This document shows, one piece after another, positions 40,280 to 50,068 of a DNA stretch of 64,000 nt. Position numbers and translations under genes: made by a program. Each line of letters begins with the position of its first letter. Positions within the stretch are counted from its first letter, which is position 1. Source of the DNA: Fidelibacterota bacterium (GTDB lineage Bacteria > Fidelibacterota > UBA2242). The stretch spans positions 2,819 through 66,818 of the forward strand of contig JADHYC010000003.1 in assembly GCA_016782645.1 (NCBI GenBank), written 5' to 3'. The notes beneath the pieces are model-generated. The model saw only the letters and a program-made list of their open reading frames with translations, made no database searches and was not told where the DNA came from.

Positions 40280-41221
40280 TCAATCCTCAGGAAACCAGTA
40301 CAAGTCTTCATCTTTTTTCAGTTTCAATGCCTTTCTTTTTGCAATCTCGTTCATTAATCGAATTTCTGGATATTTCTCAATGTCTGTTTCTAAGACCTCT
40401 TTTAATAATTGATCAAACAATTCTTTATCCTGGATTTGAAATGCATAATAACGGGCATAAAATACTTTTGCCAGTAGAAATTTATTGTCATTTAGTTCCA
40501 TATTTTTCAGGAAATGTTTGCGTCCAAGCTCTGGATTGCCACCTAATATTGGTGGTCTTGCAGCATAATAGCTGCCATAAAAAAGATGTACACCAGCAAA
40601 GTTGTATTTTTCATTCAGTTCCAGAACTCGCCGCATAATCATTTCAACTTTGGAGAGATTGACTAACGTTTTAGGATCACTAAGATGATGCAAAATATAG
40701 GAACCCCAGTTATATCCAAGCCAGAAAAGTGCTGGAACATCTTTTTGGTTATACAAAGGCAGCAATTTTTCTAAGTCTGACGGAATTATTCTTTCATTAA
40801 AACGTTTTTTCTCGGGTAATGCACGAAAGGAATATTTTAATCCTCGAAGGTAAAATCTGGATGCTCTCTCAGGATCATTATCCTCAATAAATGCCATCGC
40901 AAAGGCTCCAAAACTTTGTGCGGCTAATAAATTCAATCGAGGGTTATCCGGGTCTCTCGAAAGCAGTATTTCTATAGTTTTCAAATTGCTGGCAAGGAAT
41001 TGCTCTGCTAATTTCAGGTCTTCTTCTTCATAAACTGCTGAAATTCCACTTTCTATAAAATTTGATGCGGAATTCATTACAAATCTATTTAGACTACAGC
41101 TATTCAGGAGAAGCAGGGAAAAAATAGTAAAATGTAAAATATAAAACGTGAAACGTGATTTACAATTTGCAATTTGCAATTTGAAATTTACAATTCGAAG
41201 CTTATGCCTGTAGATTATCAT
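40280..41221 (-). CDS. tatT: TatT-family TRAP-associated lipoprotein
   Basis: LLNSC lipobox, EEDLKLA, YAARPPILGGNPELGRKHF; directly upstream of dctP. Confidence 0.85.
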   Translation of the reverse strand: MIIYRHKLRIVNFKLQIANCKSRFTFYILHFTIFSLLLLNSCSLNRFVMNSASNFIESGISAVYEEEDLKLAEQFLASNLKTIEILLSRDPDNPRLNLLAAQSFGAFAMAFIEDNDPERASRFYLRGLKYSFRALPEKKRFNERIIPSDLEKLLPLYNQKDVPALFWLGYNWGSYILHHLSDPKTLVNLSKVEMIMRRVLELNEKYNFAGVHLFYGSYYAARPPILGGNPELGRKHFLKNMELNDNKFLLAKVFYARYYAFQIQDKELFDQLLKEVLETDIEKYPEIRLMNEIAKRKALKLKKDEDLYWFPED

Positions 41222-41252
41222 GTTTTTTTTCTTATTATTCCATCTTATTCTC

Positions 41253-42749
41253 TCATCTCGAATACTTATGTAGTTTTTGTTCTTCTTCGGAAGCTATGAT
41301 GATAGAAATACGTCCAACCCAGATTTCAAAATCAGATTTAATGGGAAGATATGCCGGAGCACCTCTAAGCCATCCTCGGAATTTACCTGTAAATCCGACG
41401 ATCCCTTTATAGTAGTTTTCACCAGAAATTAACTGCACTAGTTCTTCTTTACCTCTGCATATTACCGGTTCTCTTTTGTTTTCAAATATTATGTCAGAAA
41501 TTACGAAATTCTCATCAATGATTGTCATAACCCGTTCATTTCTTTGTTCTTTTACAAGCTGGCGGGAATAAAAAAGTATAGAGGTTGCATCTATTGTATT
41601 ATTAGGTAAATATTTTTCTAAGTATTCAATATGGCCGTCTTCCCTCACTGCTCTGCAAATAAATTTTCCTTCTTCTCTGTAGAAATCGTATACTTTTTCA
41701 CATATAATCTTATTTTCTCGTAAATGAAGGAAATGTTGAAGAACTTGTTTTGTATTTTGATTGATAATTGTGATGTAATCACTGTGTAGAGATGCAATGA
41801 ATTCTAGAGCAGGATTAGAGTCAAGACTGAAAATTACTTTATATGCATCATGACCTTTGAAGGAAAGTGTTTCTGCAATAACAGTGTTCAATTCGCCGAC
41901 TTTAATTGGTCCCCAATGAACATTATATAGAACATTTTCTCCGATAGGGAAAAACCTGTTTGAAGAATCTCTATAAGGGATAGGATAAAAATCGTGTGTA
42001 TATGGATTTCCTATATTTCTTTCTTGAATCCATTTAATTACCCTGGAAGTTTCCGGGTGATTCGGAAACAGATAAGCAAAAATTCCGTTGTATTTCTCAG
42101 CCTCCTTATAATTTTCAGTTTTAATATTAACGTCAGCGAGTAATAGTAATATTTCAGCATCGTAGGAATATTTTAAGCCCTTTTCAAGAATTTTAATTGC
42201 TTCATTGTATTTACATTGTTTGATATAGATATCACCAATTATGGGATATGGTAGAGTAAATTTTTTATTATCTGAAATAGCATCTTTGAGATAGTCAAGG
42301 GATTCTTCATATTTTTTTCTTTCATAAAGGTACAATCCAAGGTAATACTCGGGAATTTCAGAATTTGAGTGATGTTTAATTGCTGCCTTAAGATATTTAA
42401 AGCTATTCTTCAGATTTCTCCGCTTATATTCAATCATTCCTTTTAGTAAAAGAGTAGGGCCATATTTATGGTTATTTTTAAGAGAAACATTAATATAAAG
42501 GTCTGCATCCATATATTTTCCTTCAAGAAAATACAAGAAAGCGGCGTTATGGGCAGAAACTTCCTTTTGTTCTGAAGAGTTAATTTCTTCAATATACAAT
42601 ATTTTTGCTGTTTCTCTCTGATTTAGCAGCCATGACTTTTGAGCTTCTGTTAGATTTGCTAAAGGAGTGTCAACGATTGAGCTGAAGAGGGAAATAGGGG
42701 AGATTAAGGTAGAGGTTATTAATAATTTTAGTAATAAAAATTTTTTCAT
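41253..42749 (-). CDS. Secreted TPR-repeat protein with DUF3108-like C-terminal domain
   Basis: Signal peptide, several TPRs, GENVLYNVHWGPIKVG..LPIKSDFEIWVGRI. Confidence 0.7.
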   Translation of the reverse strand: MKKFLLLKLLITSTLISPISLFSSIVDTPLANLTEAQKSWLLNQRETAKILYIEEINSSEQKEVSAHNAAFLYFLEGKYMDADLYINVSLKNNHKYGPTLLLKGMIEYKRRNLKNSFKYLKAAIKHHSNSEIPEYYLGLYLYERKKYEESLDYLKDAISDNKKFTLPYPIIGDIYIKQCKYNEAIKILEKGLKYSYDAEILLLLADVNIKTENYKEAEKYNGIFAYLFPNHPETSRVIKWIQERNIGNPYTHDFYPIPYRDSSNRFFPIGENVLYNVHWGPIKVGELNTVIAETLSFKGHDAYKVIFSLDSNPALEFIASLHSDYITIINQNTKQVLQHFLHLRENKIICEKVYDFYREEGKFICRAVREDGHIEYLEKYLPNNTIDATSILFYSRQLVKEQRNERVMTIIDENFVISDIIFENKREPVICRGKEELVQLISGENYYKGIVGFTGKFRGWLRGAPAYLPIKSDFEIWVGRISIIIASEEEQKLHKYSR

Positions 42750-42855
42750 AAATTAAACTGATTTTTACAAGTGAAATTTATATCCTTAACATTGAAAATC
42801 AAACCTTTTACAGGTGATTATTTAAATGCGGATATAAAAAAATGGGTTTTTAGAT

Positions 42856-43419
42856 ATGCGAAGAAAAATTTTAATTATTGTATCGAGAGTGATGAGGATA
42901 GTCATTGTATCCTGTGTTATTGCCCTAGTTTTTAATTCATTTTCTCCTAAAGGCATACCGTTGATAACAAGGTATCGGAAAATCACTATTAGAGGAAATG
43001 AATTAAAAGTTCCTATTTTTATTGTGAATTCGGATAGAAATTTTGATAATAAAAATCGCCAATTTGGTTTTGCTATGCATCCTGCAGAGGAAATTAATCT
43101 TAAAGATGCATTTAAATGTTTTGCAAATGGTACTGCGATATTTATTGACACAAGGACCTCTGATAGATATAGATTGGGGCATATTCCTGGAGCAATATCT
43201 CTTCCGATAGAGGAATTAAGTTTTGAAGAATTTTCATTAGAGAATCTTGGTTTAGATCAGAAAATTGTTACTTATTGCGATGGTGAAGAGTGTTCTGAAA
43301 GTATTGATCTTGCATTATATCTGGAAGAAATTGGATTTTCTAATATTTACTTTTTCATAAGTGGTTGGCAGGAGTGGAAGAACGCCGGTTATCAGAGTTC
43401 GGAGGGGGATAAGCCATGA
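42856..43419 (+). CDS. Rhodanese-like protein, membrane-anchored
   Basis: IDTR, GHIPGA, TYCDGEEC, GWQEW. Confidence 0.88.
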   Translation: MRRKILIIVSRVMRIVIVSCVIALVFNSFSPKGIPLITRYRKITIRGNELKVPIFIVNSDRNFDNKNRQFGFAMHPAEEINLKDAFKCFANGTAIFIDTRTSDRYRLGHIPGAISLPIEELSFEEFSLENLGLDQKIVTYCDGEECSESIDLALYLEEIGFSNIYFFISGWQEWKNAGYQSSEGDKP

Positions 43420-43859
43420 AAAGTAATAAATTTATTTTAATTATTACGTATGCTGTCCGCTTTATATTGGGTTTTCTTTTCCTTTATGCTTCAATCGATA
43501 AGATGATTAATCCAGCAAGATTTGCAGAAGTTGTTTATCACTATCGTGTTTTACCGATTGAATTGCTGAATATAGTTGCTTTATTAGTTCCCTGGATAGA
43601 AGCAGTGCTTGGTGTGACTTTATTATTAGGTATTTGGGTAGAGACATCAGCATTTATATTGAGCAGCATAACATTATTTTTTATCGTGTTAATGATTAGC
43701 GCGATTGCGAGAGGTTTAAATATCGAGTGTGGATGTTTTACACTTGATCCTGAGGGTTCATTAGTAAGCTGGAAGCGTGTTATTGAAGATTTCTTTATAT
43801 TTGCTGGTAGTATGTTTTTGTTTTTTAGGGCTACGGGTAGAAAGCAATTGGAAAAATGA
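43416..43859 (+). CDS. DoxX/MauE-family membrane protein
   Basis: FLYASIDK, PWIE, RGLNIECGCF. Confidence 0.88.
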   Translation: MKSNKFILIITYAVRFILGFLFLYASIDKMINPARFAEVVYHYRVLPIELLNIVALLVPWIEAVLGVTLLLGIWVETSAFILSSITLFFIVLMISAIARGLNIECGCFTLDPEGSLVSWKRVIEDFFIFAGSMFLFFRATGRKQLEK

Positions 43860-43900
43860 TTTCAATCTGCTTAGAAACTACTTCCTTGATATATTTATTA

Positions 43901-44700
43901 TCATTTTTTCAAAAGGTTCAAAATATGTTCTTGTTGTAATAAAATAAGGTCTGCCTCACTTTCAATGAATGGCTTCACATCTTCTTTAATACGATTCCGA
44001 CTTAACGATTTAATTTTTTACAAATTTCCACCAGTTATTTTTTGTAAGATATGAAAGACTACTATCAGTTTGTTGAATTGTATTGTTTAAGTAAGTGAAA
44101 TTTGGTTGGATATCTTGCCAATGGTTGAGGTAGAATGCAAGATCATATAGATCACGACCTTTAGGATAACTTCTGCAGAGAATAGCGTGTAATTTACAAA
44201 AAAAAAGTTGGCAAGTCATGATGCCTTACAGCAAACGGAAAATACTTGTTAATCAGTGTTGTCTCAGTTTGAAATCCTTCAGGAGGATTAGTGTCAATCT
44301 CAATCTTAACATTCAATTTTTCATTTTTATTTGGTGATAATCCGGCATCATAAAGAAGCCTCTCAAATTTGATAAAGACTGATTGGACTATCTTTTCTAC
44401 CTGCTTTTTGAGTGAGATTTGATAACCTGCTAGTTCCAAGCCTTGCTTAAGTGAGTCTAACTCTTTTATAGTAATACTTTTAGAGTTTTGATATTCTAGA
44501 TGAAAATCAAGATCCTCCGAAAACCGATTTATTTTATGCAGAATTCTTAGAGCTGTTCCACCGTGAAAAATTAATCTATTCAATAAATTTTGTTCAAATA
44601 GTCTTCTAAGAATAACATGCTGGAGATATTCACGAAGTTTATTTCTTGCCAGTCTCTGATTTGATTCATTTTTAATAACTTGTAGTGCTTTGTCCCTTAT
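43901..44700 (-). pseudogene. abiEii: AbiEii nucleotidyltransferase toxin (type IV TA), frameshifted
   Basis: ATA in place of the start; REYLQ, FHGGTALR..RFSEDLDF; frameshift at a T9 run near 44200; KLHAILCR..KGRDLYDL; second break near 44010. Confidence 0.88.
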
Positions 44701-44717
44701 AAGTAATTCTCGCTAAA

Positions 44718-45278
44718 TTATTCAGGTAAAATGTTTTTAAGCAAATTATGAACTGCTCGTTGGATTTTTTTTGATTTCATTCGTTCTGTGAATTCTTCCA
44801 ATTTGTTAATATTAAGAATATCAAGATTCTGAAACCGCATTTCCTTTAATCGTTAGGGTGTCCACTCACCTTTTTGAAAGTAAAAAAGGTCTATTAATGC
44901 TTTTTCAGGAGCTGCGATGAAAAATTGCTGCTGAGGATTTAATCTTATTCCGCTTTTGAAGTATTCACGATATCCCCAGAATCTAACATGATGAATTGAA
45001 AAGTATTTGAAGATACCAATCTTCGTTTGCCAGGAAGCAGTTTGTCGTGTTGTTACAGATTCTAGTACCTTCACAGATTCTGGAATTAGTCCATAAAAGT
45101 CCAACGCTGTATGCAAACTTATATAAGAAGGTCGATAAAGGTAGTTTGCGATGAATCCTTCAGAACTCTCTTTTTTTTGGTATGTTTCAGGAATAAGGTA
45201 CTTCCCCCTACGAAGCTGTATTAGTTTATTATTATTTACACATCGAGATAATCTTGCATTAGAAGTCGGTCGTGACGT
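44718..45278 (-). pseudogene. abiEi: AbiEi-type antitoxin, 5'-truncated, with internal stop
   Basis: LIQLRRGKY, PSYISLHTALDFYGLIPE, APEKALID, W-T-P-stop-RLKEMRFQN; no start codon. Confidence 0.85.
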
Positions 45279-45309
45279 TTATAAATTTCAAATTTTTATT
45301 TTGATAAAT

Positions 45310-45339
45310 AAAAAGCCCCGGATTAACACGGGGCTTTTT
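45310..45339. terminator. Intrinsic terminator downstream of hsp20
   Basis: AAAAAGCCCCG-gattaaca-CGGGGCTTTTT. Confidence 0.88.
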
Positions 45340-45358
45340 CATTTTTCTTCAGTAGGTT

Positions 45359-45801
45359 TTATTTGACCTTAATTTCGATCTGTTTGGAAACTGCTTCTTT
45401 CAGTTTAGGAATTACAATATTGAGCATTCCATCCTTAAATTCAGCTGAGACACTGTCCTGATTCACCATTTCCGGTAATCTGAAGCATCTTTGAAATGAC
45501 CCAAAGATTCTTTCGGTGCGATTATAATTCTTTTCCTTTACCTTTGTGTCCTGTTTCTTTTCACCAGAGATTGACAAAAGATTATCTTTGATATTAACTT
45601 TTACATCTTCCTTTTTAATGCCCGGTAATTCAACTCCCACGTTAAATTCCTTATCATTTTCTTCAATATCAACTACAGGTTTGAAGGTAGAAAGAGAACT
45701 TTCTTCCTCATAAGTAGGGCTGAAAAACAAATTAAAAAGTCGATCATGTTCATCATGATAACCTGCTAAGAGCTTCTTGGAATCCATCTTGTTAATGTCA
45801 A
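45359..45801 (-). CDS. Hsp20/alpha-crystallin small heat-shock protein (possible 5' frameshift)
   Basis: PVVDIEE, ELPG, ERIFGSFQRCFRLP, FKDGML; the AGGAGG SD points to TTG 45801, which is out of frame with the body. Confidence 0.9.
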
Positions 45802-45853
45802 GGCTTTTCCTCCTATTTTATTTTTCCTTTTTTAAAAACCAATCTTTAATAAG

Positions 45854-45868
45854 ACAATAGCTGTGCCT
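45854..45868 (-). promoter_or_regulatory. Candidate sigma-54 -24/-12 promoter of hsp20
   Basis: AGGCAC-AGCTA-TTGT vs consensus TGGCAC-N5-TTGC. Confidence 0.45.
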
Positions 45869-46095
45869 GAATTGCAATTATCTATTTTTTGGCAGAGCCT
45901 ATGAAATAGTGTCTTTTGAAGATTGACTATGTGTCTTTGTTGTGCTATCTTGGCAATAAGTAAAAATATTTTTCCTGACATAAAGTCTTTTTCCAATTTA
46001 TTTTGCAAGTTGTTGAAGAGAATGTACTCTTGATTAATATCCAAATCTTTAAAATATTAATTTGCTCAGTAAGACAATATCAAATGTTCGTATTC

Positions 46096-46124
46096 TTGAC
46101 TATCTTTGGCATGTTAGGTAAATT
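46096..46124 (+). promoter_or_regulatory. Candidate sigma-70 promoter of the folB operon
   Basis: TTGACT-17 nt-TAAATT. Confidence 0.45.
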
Positions 46125-46153
46125 CACTAGTCAATAATATTGAAAGATGTTCT

Positions 46154-46531
46154 ATGGGTAGAGTTAAATTAAAAAACATGGTTTTTTATGGGTATCATGG
46201 AGTAGTCGAACAAGAAAAGGTATTGGGTGGAAAATATGAAGTGGATATTGAATTCGAATTTGACATGACTTCCGCTATTAAAACTGACCATTTACGTGAT
46301 ACTATTAGTTATGAGGAGATTTATCAGTTAGTTCAGGATATTGTGACGCATTCAAAGTTTCACCTTATTGAAGCGTTAGCTGGTAAACTTCTTCGTGTTA
46401 TTTTTAATACTTATCCTGTTGATCTTGTTCTCGTAAGGATTAGGAAACCGAATGCTCCAGTTAAAGGTGTTCTCGATACTGTGGAAGTTGAAATTTCAAG
46501 AACCCGCGAAGAGATGAGGAAATTACTTTGA
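46154..46531 (+). CDS. folB: Dihydroneopterin aldolase
   Basis: FYGYHGV..EK..G, LIEALA, RKPNAP. Confidence 0.95.
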   Translation: MGRVKLKNMVFYGYHGVVEQEKVLGGKYEVDIEFEFDMTSAIKTDHLRDTISYEEIYQLVQDIVTHSKFHLIEALAGKLLRVIFNTYPVDLVLVRIRKPNAPVKGVLDTVEVEISRTREEMRKLL

Positions 46532-47040
46532 AGCATCCCTGTGTGTTTTTAGGTTTAGGCTCAAATATCGGAGATCGTAAAAAATATCTCTTTAGAGCAA
46601 TAGAAGAATTATGCAGGTCCGATAAAATAAGTCAATTAAACACTTCATCGATTTATGAAACTGAACCTTTATATAATCCTGATCAAAAATACTTTTTTAA
46701 TATGGTAGTAGAAATTGGAACAGATTATGAGCCGTTGGAGCTGCTTCACTATTGCAAAAAGATTGAATTAAAAATAGGAAGAAGATTTAACACTCCAAGA
46801 AATAGTCCTAGGAAAATTGACATAGACATTGAATTTTTTCATCATAAACTTGTTAACATAGAAGAACTAGTAATTCCTCATCCTCATTTATACGAAAGAC
46901 GTTTTGTTTTAGAGCCTCTATCTGAAATTGCTCCAAAATTTATATGCCCAAAGACTGGGAAGAATGTTTCACAATTATTTAAAGAGTGTCAGGATATCGG
47001 TTATGTTAATAAATTTGAAGAAAAGATAATATCAAAATAA
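46528..47040 (+). CDS. folK: HPPK (2-amino-4-hydroxy-6-hydroxymethyldihydropteridine diphosphokinase)
   Basis: LGLGSNIGD, YETEP, PRKIDIDI, PHP..RRFVLEPL. Confidence 0.95.
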   Translation: MKHPCVFLGLGSNIGDRKKYLFRAIEELCRSDKISQLNTSSIYETEPLYNPDQKYFFNMVVEIGTDYEPLELLHYCKKIELKIGRRFNTPRNSPRKIDIDIEFFHHKLVNIEELVIPHPHLYERRFVLEPLSEIAPKFICPKTGKNVSQLFKECQDIGYVNKFEEKIISK

Positions 47041-47059
47041 GAAAAGGTGATTAAAAAGT

Positions 47060-47704
47060 ATGAAAAACCTCTATTATATTGCTATTGAAGGTGTTATCGG
47101 TGTTGGGAAAACCTGTTTAGCGGAAATGTTAACCGAAAAGCTTTCTGCCAAACTGGTGGTTGAAAAATTTGAGGAAAATCCGTTTCTTGAAGATTTTTAC
47201 GCTGAACCAGAAAGATATGCTTTTCAAACACAGCTGTATTTTCTTCTTAGCAGATATAGGCAGCAGCTAGAGCTGAAGCAAATAGATCTTTTCCATAATT
47301 TGCTCATTAGCGATTATATGTTCGCAAAGGATAAACTTTTTGCTCATTTAAATCTTAACGAAAAAGAATTAATACTTTACAATTTAATTGCAAAATTACT
47401 CGAGAGAGAAATACCAAAACCTGATTTAGTAGTTTTTCTGCAAGCAAGTACGGATATACTGATGGATAATATAAAAAAGAGAGGTAGAACTTATGAAAGG
47501 AGCATGTCTCACGAATATATTGAATCCTTGAATCAGATTTATAATGAATATTTTTTTAGATACAAAGATAGTCCATTGATTATTGTTAATACGAATGAAA
47601 TTGACTTTGTTCATAATGAGGGAGACCTTGATGAACTGTTACAGGTCATAAGGCAGCCCGTTTCAGGAACTCGATATTACAATCCTGAAAGAAAGTCTAA
47701 ATGA
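47060..47704 (+). CDS. Deoxynucleoside kinase
   Basis: IEGVIGVGKT, NPFLEDFY, FLLSRY, RGRTYE. Confidence 0.92.
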   Translation: MKNLYYIAIEGVIGVGKTCLAEMLTEKLSAKLVVEKFEENPFLEDFYAEPERYAFQTQLYFLLSRYRQQLELKQIDLFHNLLISDYMFAKDKLFAHLNLNEKELILYNLIAKLLEREIPKPDLVVFLQASTDILMDNIKKRGRTYERSMSHEYIESLNQIYNEYFFRYKDSPLIIVNTNEIDFVHNEGDLDELLQVIRQPVSGTRYYNPERKSK

Positions 47705-47901
47705 TAAAATTATTGTTCCAATTACTGCTTTTAATATTTTTGGGTAATTTAATATGGAAAATTATTAAAATGTATTTACCAAAAATTGAGAAAAAATCTG
47801 AAGTAAAAGGGAAAAAACCTGGTAAATCTTTTCATATTGATGAAAGCCAAATTGAAGATGCTAAATTCAAGGAAATTGATGAATCCGAAGATAAAACATG
47901 A
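47701..47901 (+). CDS. Small membrane-anchored protein
   Basis: N-terminal TM helix, IEDAKFKEI tail; overlaps the upstream stop. Confidence 0.6.
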   Translation: MIKLLFQLLLLIFLGNLIWKIIKMYLPKIEKKSEVKGKKPGKSFHIDESQIEDAKFKEIDESEDKT

Positions 47902-47917
47902 GTAGCCATATTAAGGA

Positions 47918-48556
47918 TTGTTTACGAACCTTCAAAATATACAACCCAAAATAATATTTATTTTTACCATTGCTGGGTTTCTGCTTCTTACTTGCGGCAA
48001 GGTGAATATTGATGAGAACAAAGAGGGGTGGATGAACTTGATCTTAGAACATTTAAATCGATATCCTGAAATGGAAGTTCAAGACCTTTATAAGATTATT
48101 TATCAAGCAACACTTGGGCCGGCGCACTTGGGTACAAATGAGAAGATAATATTGAGTTATTTGAATAGAGAAATTGAATCTATTAATGCTGATCCTGAAA
48201 TTGATCTGGTAGAAAATATTTCACCATCGGGCAAGTATATTAGGATTAATCTGAAAAAATTTAAAAATAAAAGTGGGAATGTTAAACTCTTGGCAAATGT
48301 CATCGCTTTATCTGCAAAGGAAAAAGTTTTAAATATGGAAATTTTGAATAAACGGTGGAAGATGATTGCAAGAATTGTAGATTCAGGAGATTTGCTTTTT
48401 GATAAAGAAGAATTTCGACAGTTTAGCAATTTTATTATTTCTAATAAGTCTGAGATCCCTCATCATTCTAAAAAGTATCGTGAATGCTATTCTCCATCTT
48501 ACAGAGTTGTATTAAAAAACTATTGGGATGAAGTTGCCCGGGATGTTTTTGATTAG
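47918..48556 (+). CDS. Conserved hypothetical protein, probable lipoprotein
   Basis: LLLTC lipobox-like motif; YPEMEVQDLYK..GPAH and HHS..YR..YSPSYRVV motifs. Confidence 0.7.
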   Translation: MFTNLQNIQPKIIFIFTIAGFLLLTCGKVNIDENKEGWMNLILEHLNRYPEMEVQDLYKIIYQATLGPAHLGTNEKIILSYLNREIESINADPEIDLVENISPSGKYIRINLKKFKNKSGNVKLLANVIALSAKEKVLNMEILNKRWKMIARIVDSGDLLFDKEEFRQFSNFIISNKSEIPHHSKKYRECYSPSYRVVLKNYWDEVARDVFD

Positions 48557-48609
48557 GCATGGTCTATTTGTAAAAATTATTATGATAATATTTTTAAAGT
48601 TGTTTTACT

Positions 48610-49035
48610 ATGTTTGTCACAACGTTAATTATTGCGTTTCTTTTTGGAATTGAAATTGCTTTTATTCAGATAAAGTTTCATGAGCGAAGCTTAAAAACCC
48701 GTACTTTTTCAGCTTTGGGCTTAACGGTAATTTTATCTATTACTATCGGTTATTTATTCTATCATTTTGGACTTATTAACAGCCTATTTTTTTATTTAAT
48801 GTTAATTATTGCCGGTGTATCTGTGGGGTTTTTTATACTGTTAGAGCGCTTGGTTTTAAAATATTGGTGGATGGTTATCGTAACTGGTATAGTAACGGGT
48901 GTTGTTAGTTTAATATTAATGAGGAAAAATTCTTCTATCGCTGCATTTGAATCTTTCACAGCAGGTATAATGCTAAGTTTAGGTTATTTAATTTATGGTA
49001 ATTTTAAGAGAATATGGCAAAGAACGGATGATTAA
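48610..49035 (+). CDS. Hypothetical membrane protein
   Basis: About 5 TM helices; lies within the operon. Confidence 0.65.
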   Translation: MFVTTLIIAFLFGIEIAFIQIKFHERSLKTRTFSALGLTVILSITIGYLFYHFGLINSLFFYLMLIIAGVSVGFFILLERLVLKYWWMVIVTGIVTGVVSLILMRKNSSIAAFESFTAGIMLSLGYLIYGNFKRIWQRTDD

Positions 49036-49921
49036 AGTTTTTATAACAGGTGCCAGCGGATTTCTTGGGGGACATCTTGCTAAATTATCTGCGGAAAAGT
49101 ACAGTACGGTAGGTGCATATCATTCATATAAATTTGATATTCTAAAAGTAAAAAGTGTTTATTGTGATTTGTCCAAACCAGAACTACTGAAGAATTTGTT
49201 CGATTCTAATAAGCCTAAATTAATTATTCACAATGCAGCTTATCCAAATCCCGATAAATGTGAAAAAAATCCAGATTTGGCATTTGAAATTAATACAGGA
49301 TCTACTGGCGCCATTGCAAAATGGGCAGAAAGGAATAATTGTCGCCTGGTTTTTATTTCCACTGATATGGTATTTAATGGCAGGCAAGGGAATTACTCTG
49401 AAGAAGATCCGGTGGGACCACTTAGTATTTACGCTAAGACAAAAGTGGAGGCGGAAAAGCTCGTTTTACACGAATGCAAGAATGCAGTGGTTTGTAGGAT
49501 AGCATTAATGTATGGCAGAGGAGTGCTTCCAAGACAATATAGCTCTGAGTGGCTTGAAAGAGTTCTTAAGGAAAAATATAATAGTGAAATAGAAGAACCT
49601 ATTCTACTATTTACCGATCAGTATCGAAGTATGATTTCTGTAAATAATGCTGCAAGAGCGGTTATGGAAGTCGCTTTTACTGATTATTGTGGAATAATTC
49701 ATCTTGGTGGAGCAGAAAGAATAAGCCGCTATGAATTCGGGAAAAAGTTATGCGGTGCGTTAGGGCTACCTGAGAGTTTAATAAGAGAAACAAAGTATGA
49801 TGATGCAGCAGTCAATACACCTCGACCAAAAGATGTAAGTTTGAATATCTCCAGAGCTTCATCGTTTTTAAAAACAAAGCTTTTGAATGTTGATGAAGGG
49901 TTAAAAGAAATTTGTCAATAA
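49028..49921 (+). CDS. RmlD-like SDR oxidoreductase
   Basis: ITGASGFLG, ISTDMVF, YAKTK, PRPKDVSL. Confidence 0.88.
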   Translation: MIKVFITGASGFLGGHLAKLSAEKYSTVGAYHSYKFDILKVKSVYCDLSKPELLKNLFDSNKPKLIIHNAAYPNPDKCEKNPDLAFEINTGSTGAIAKWAERNNCRLVFISTDMVFNGRQGNYSEEDPVGPLSIYAKTKVEAEKLVLHECKNAVVCRIALMYGRGVLPRQYSSEWLERVLKEKYNSEIEEPILLFTDQYRSMISVNNAARAVMEVAFTDYCGIIHLGGAERISRYEFGKKLCGALGLPESLIRETKYDDAAVNTPRPKDVSLNISRASSFLKTKLLNVDEGLKEICQ

Positions 49922-50068
49922 TAATAGAGAAATTAATTTGTAGGTTGATTCTATAAGTTTTGAATCTTGAATATTTTTTGTATTTTTAAAAGAAGATAGA
50001 ATAATCCAACTGCTCGCAAATTACACCAATTTAATAAAATTCGTCAAATAGATATTGAAATAATTTTG

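Noticed and set aside
45832..46044. 70-aa ORF upstream of hsp20
   Set aside because: Occupies the divergent promoter region and has no motif support
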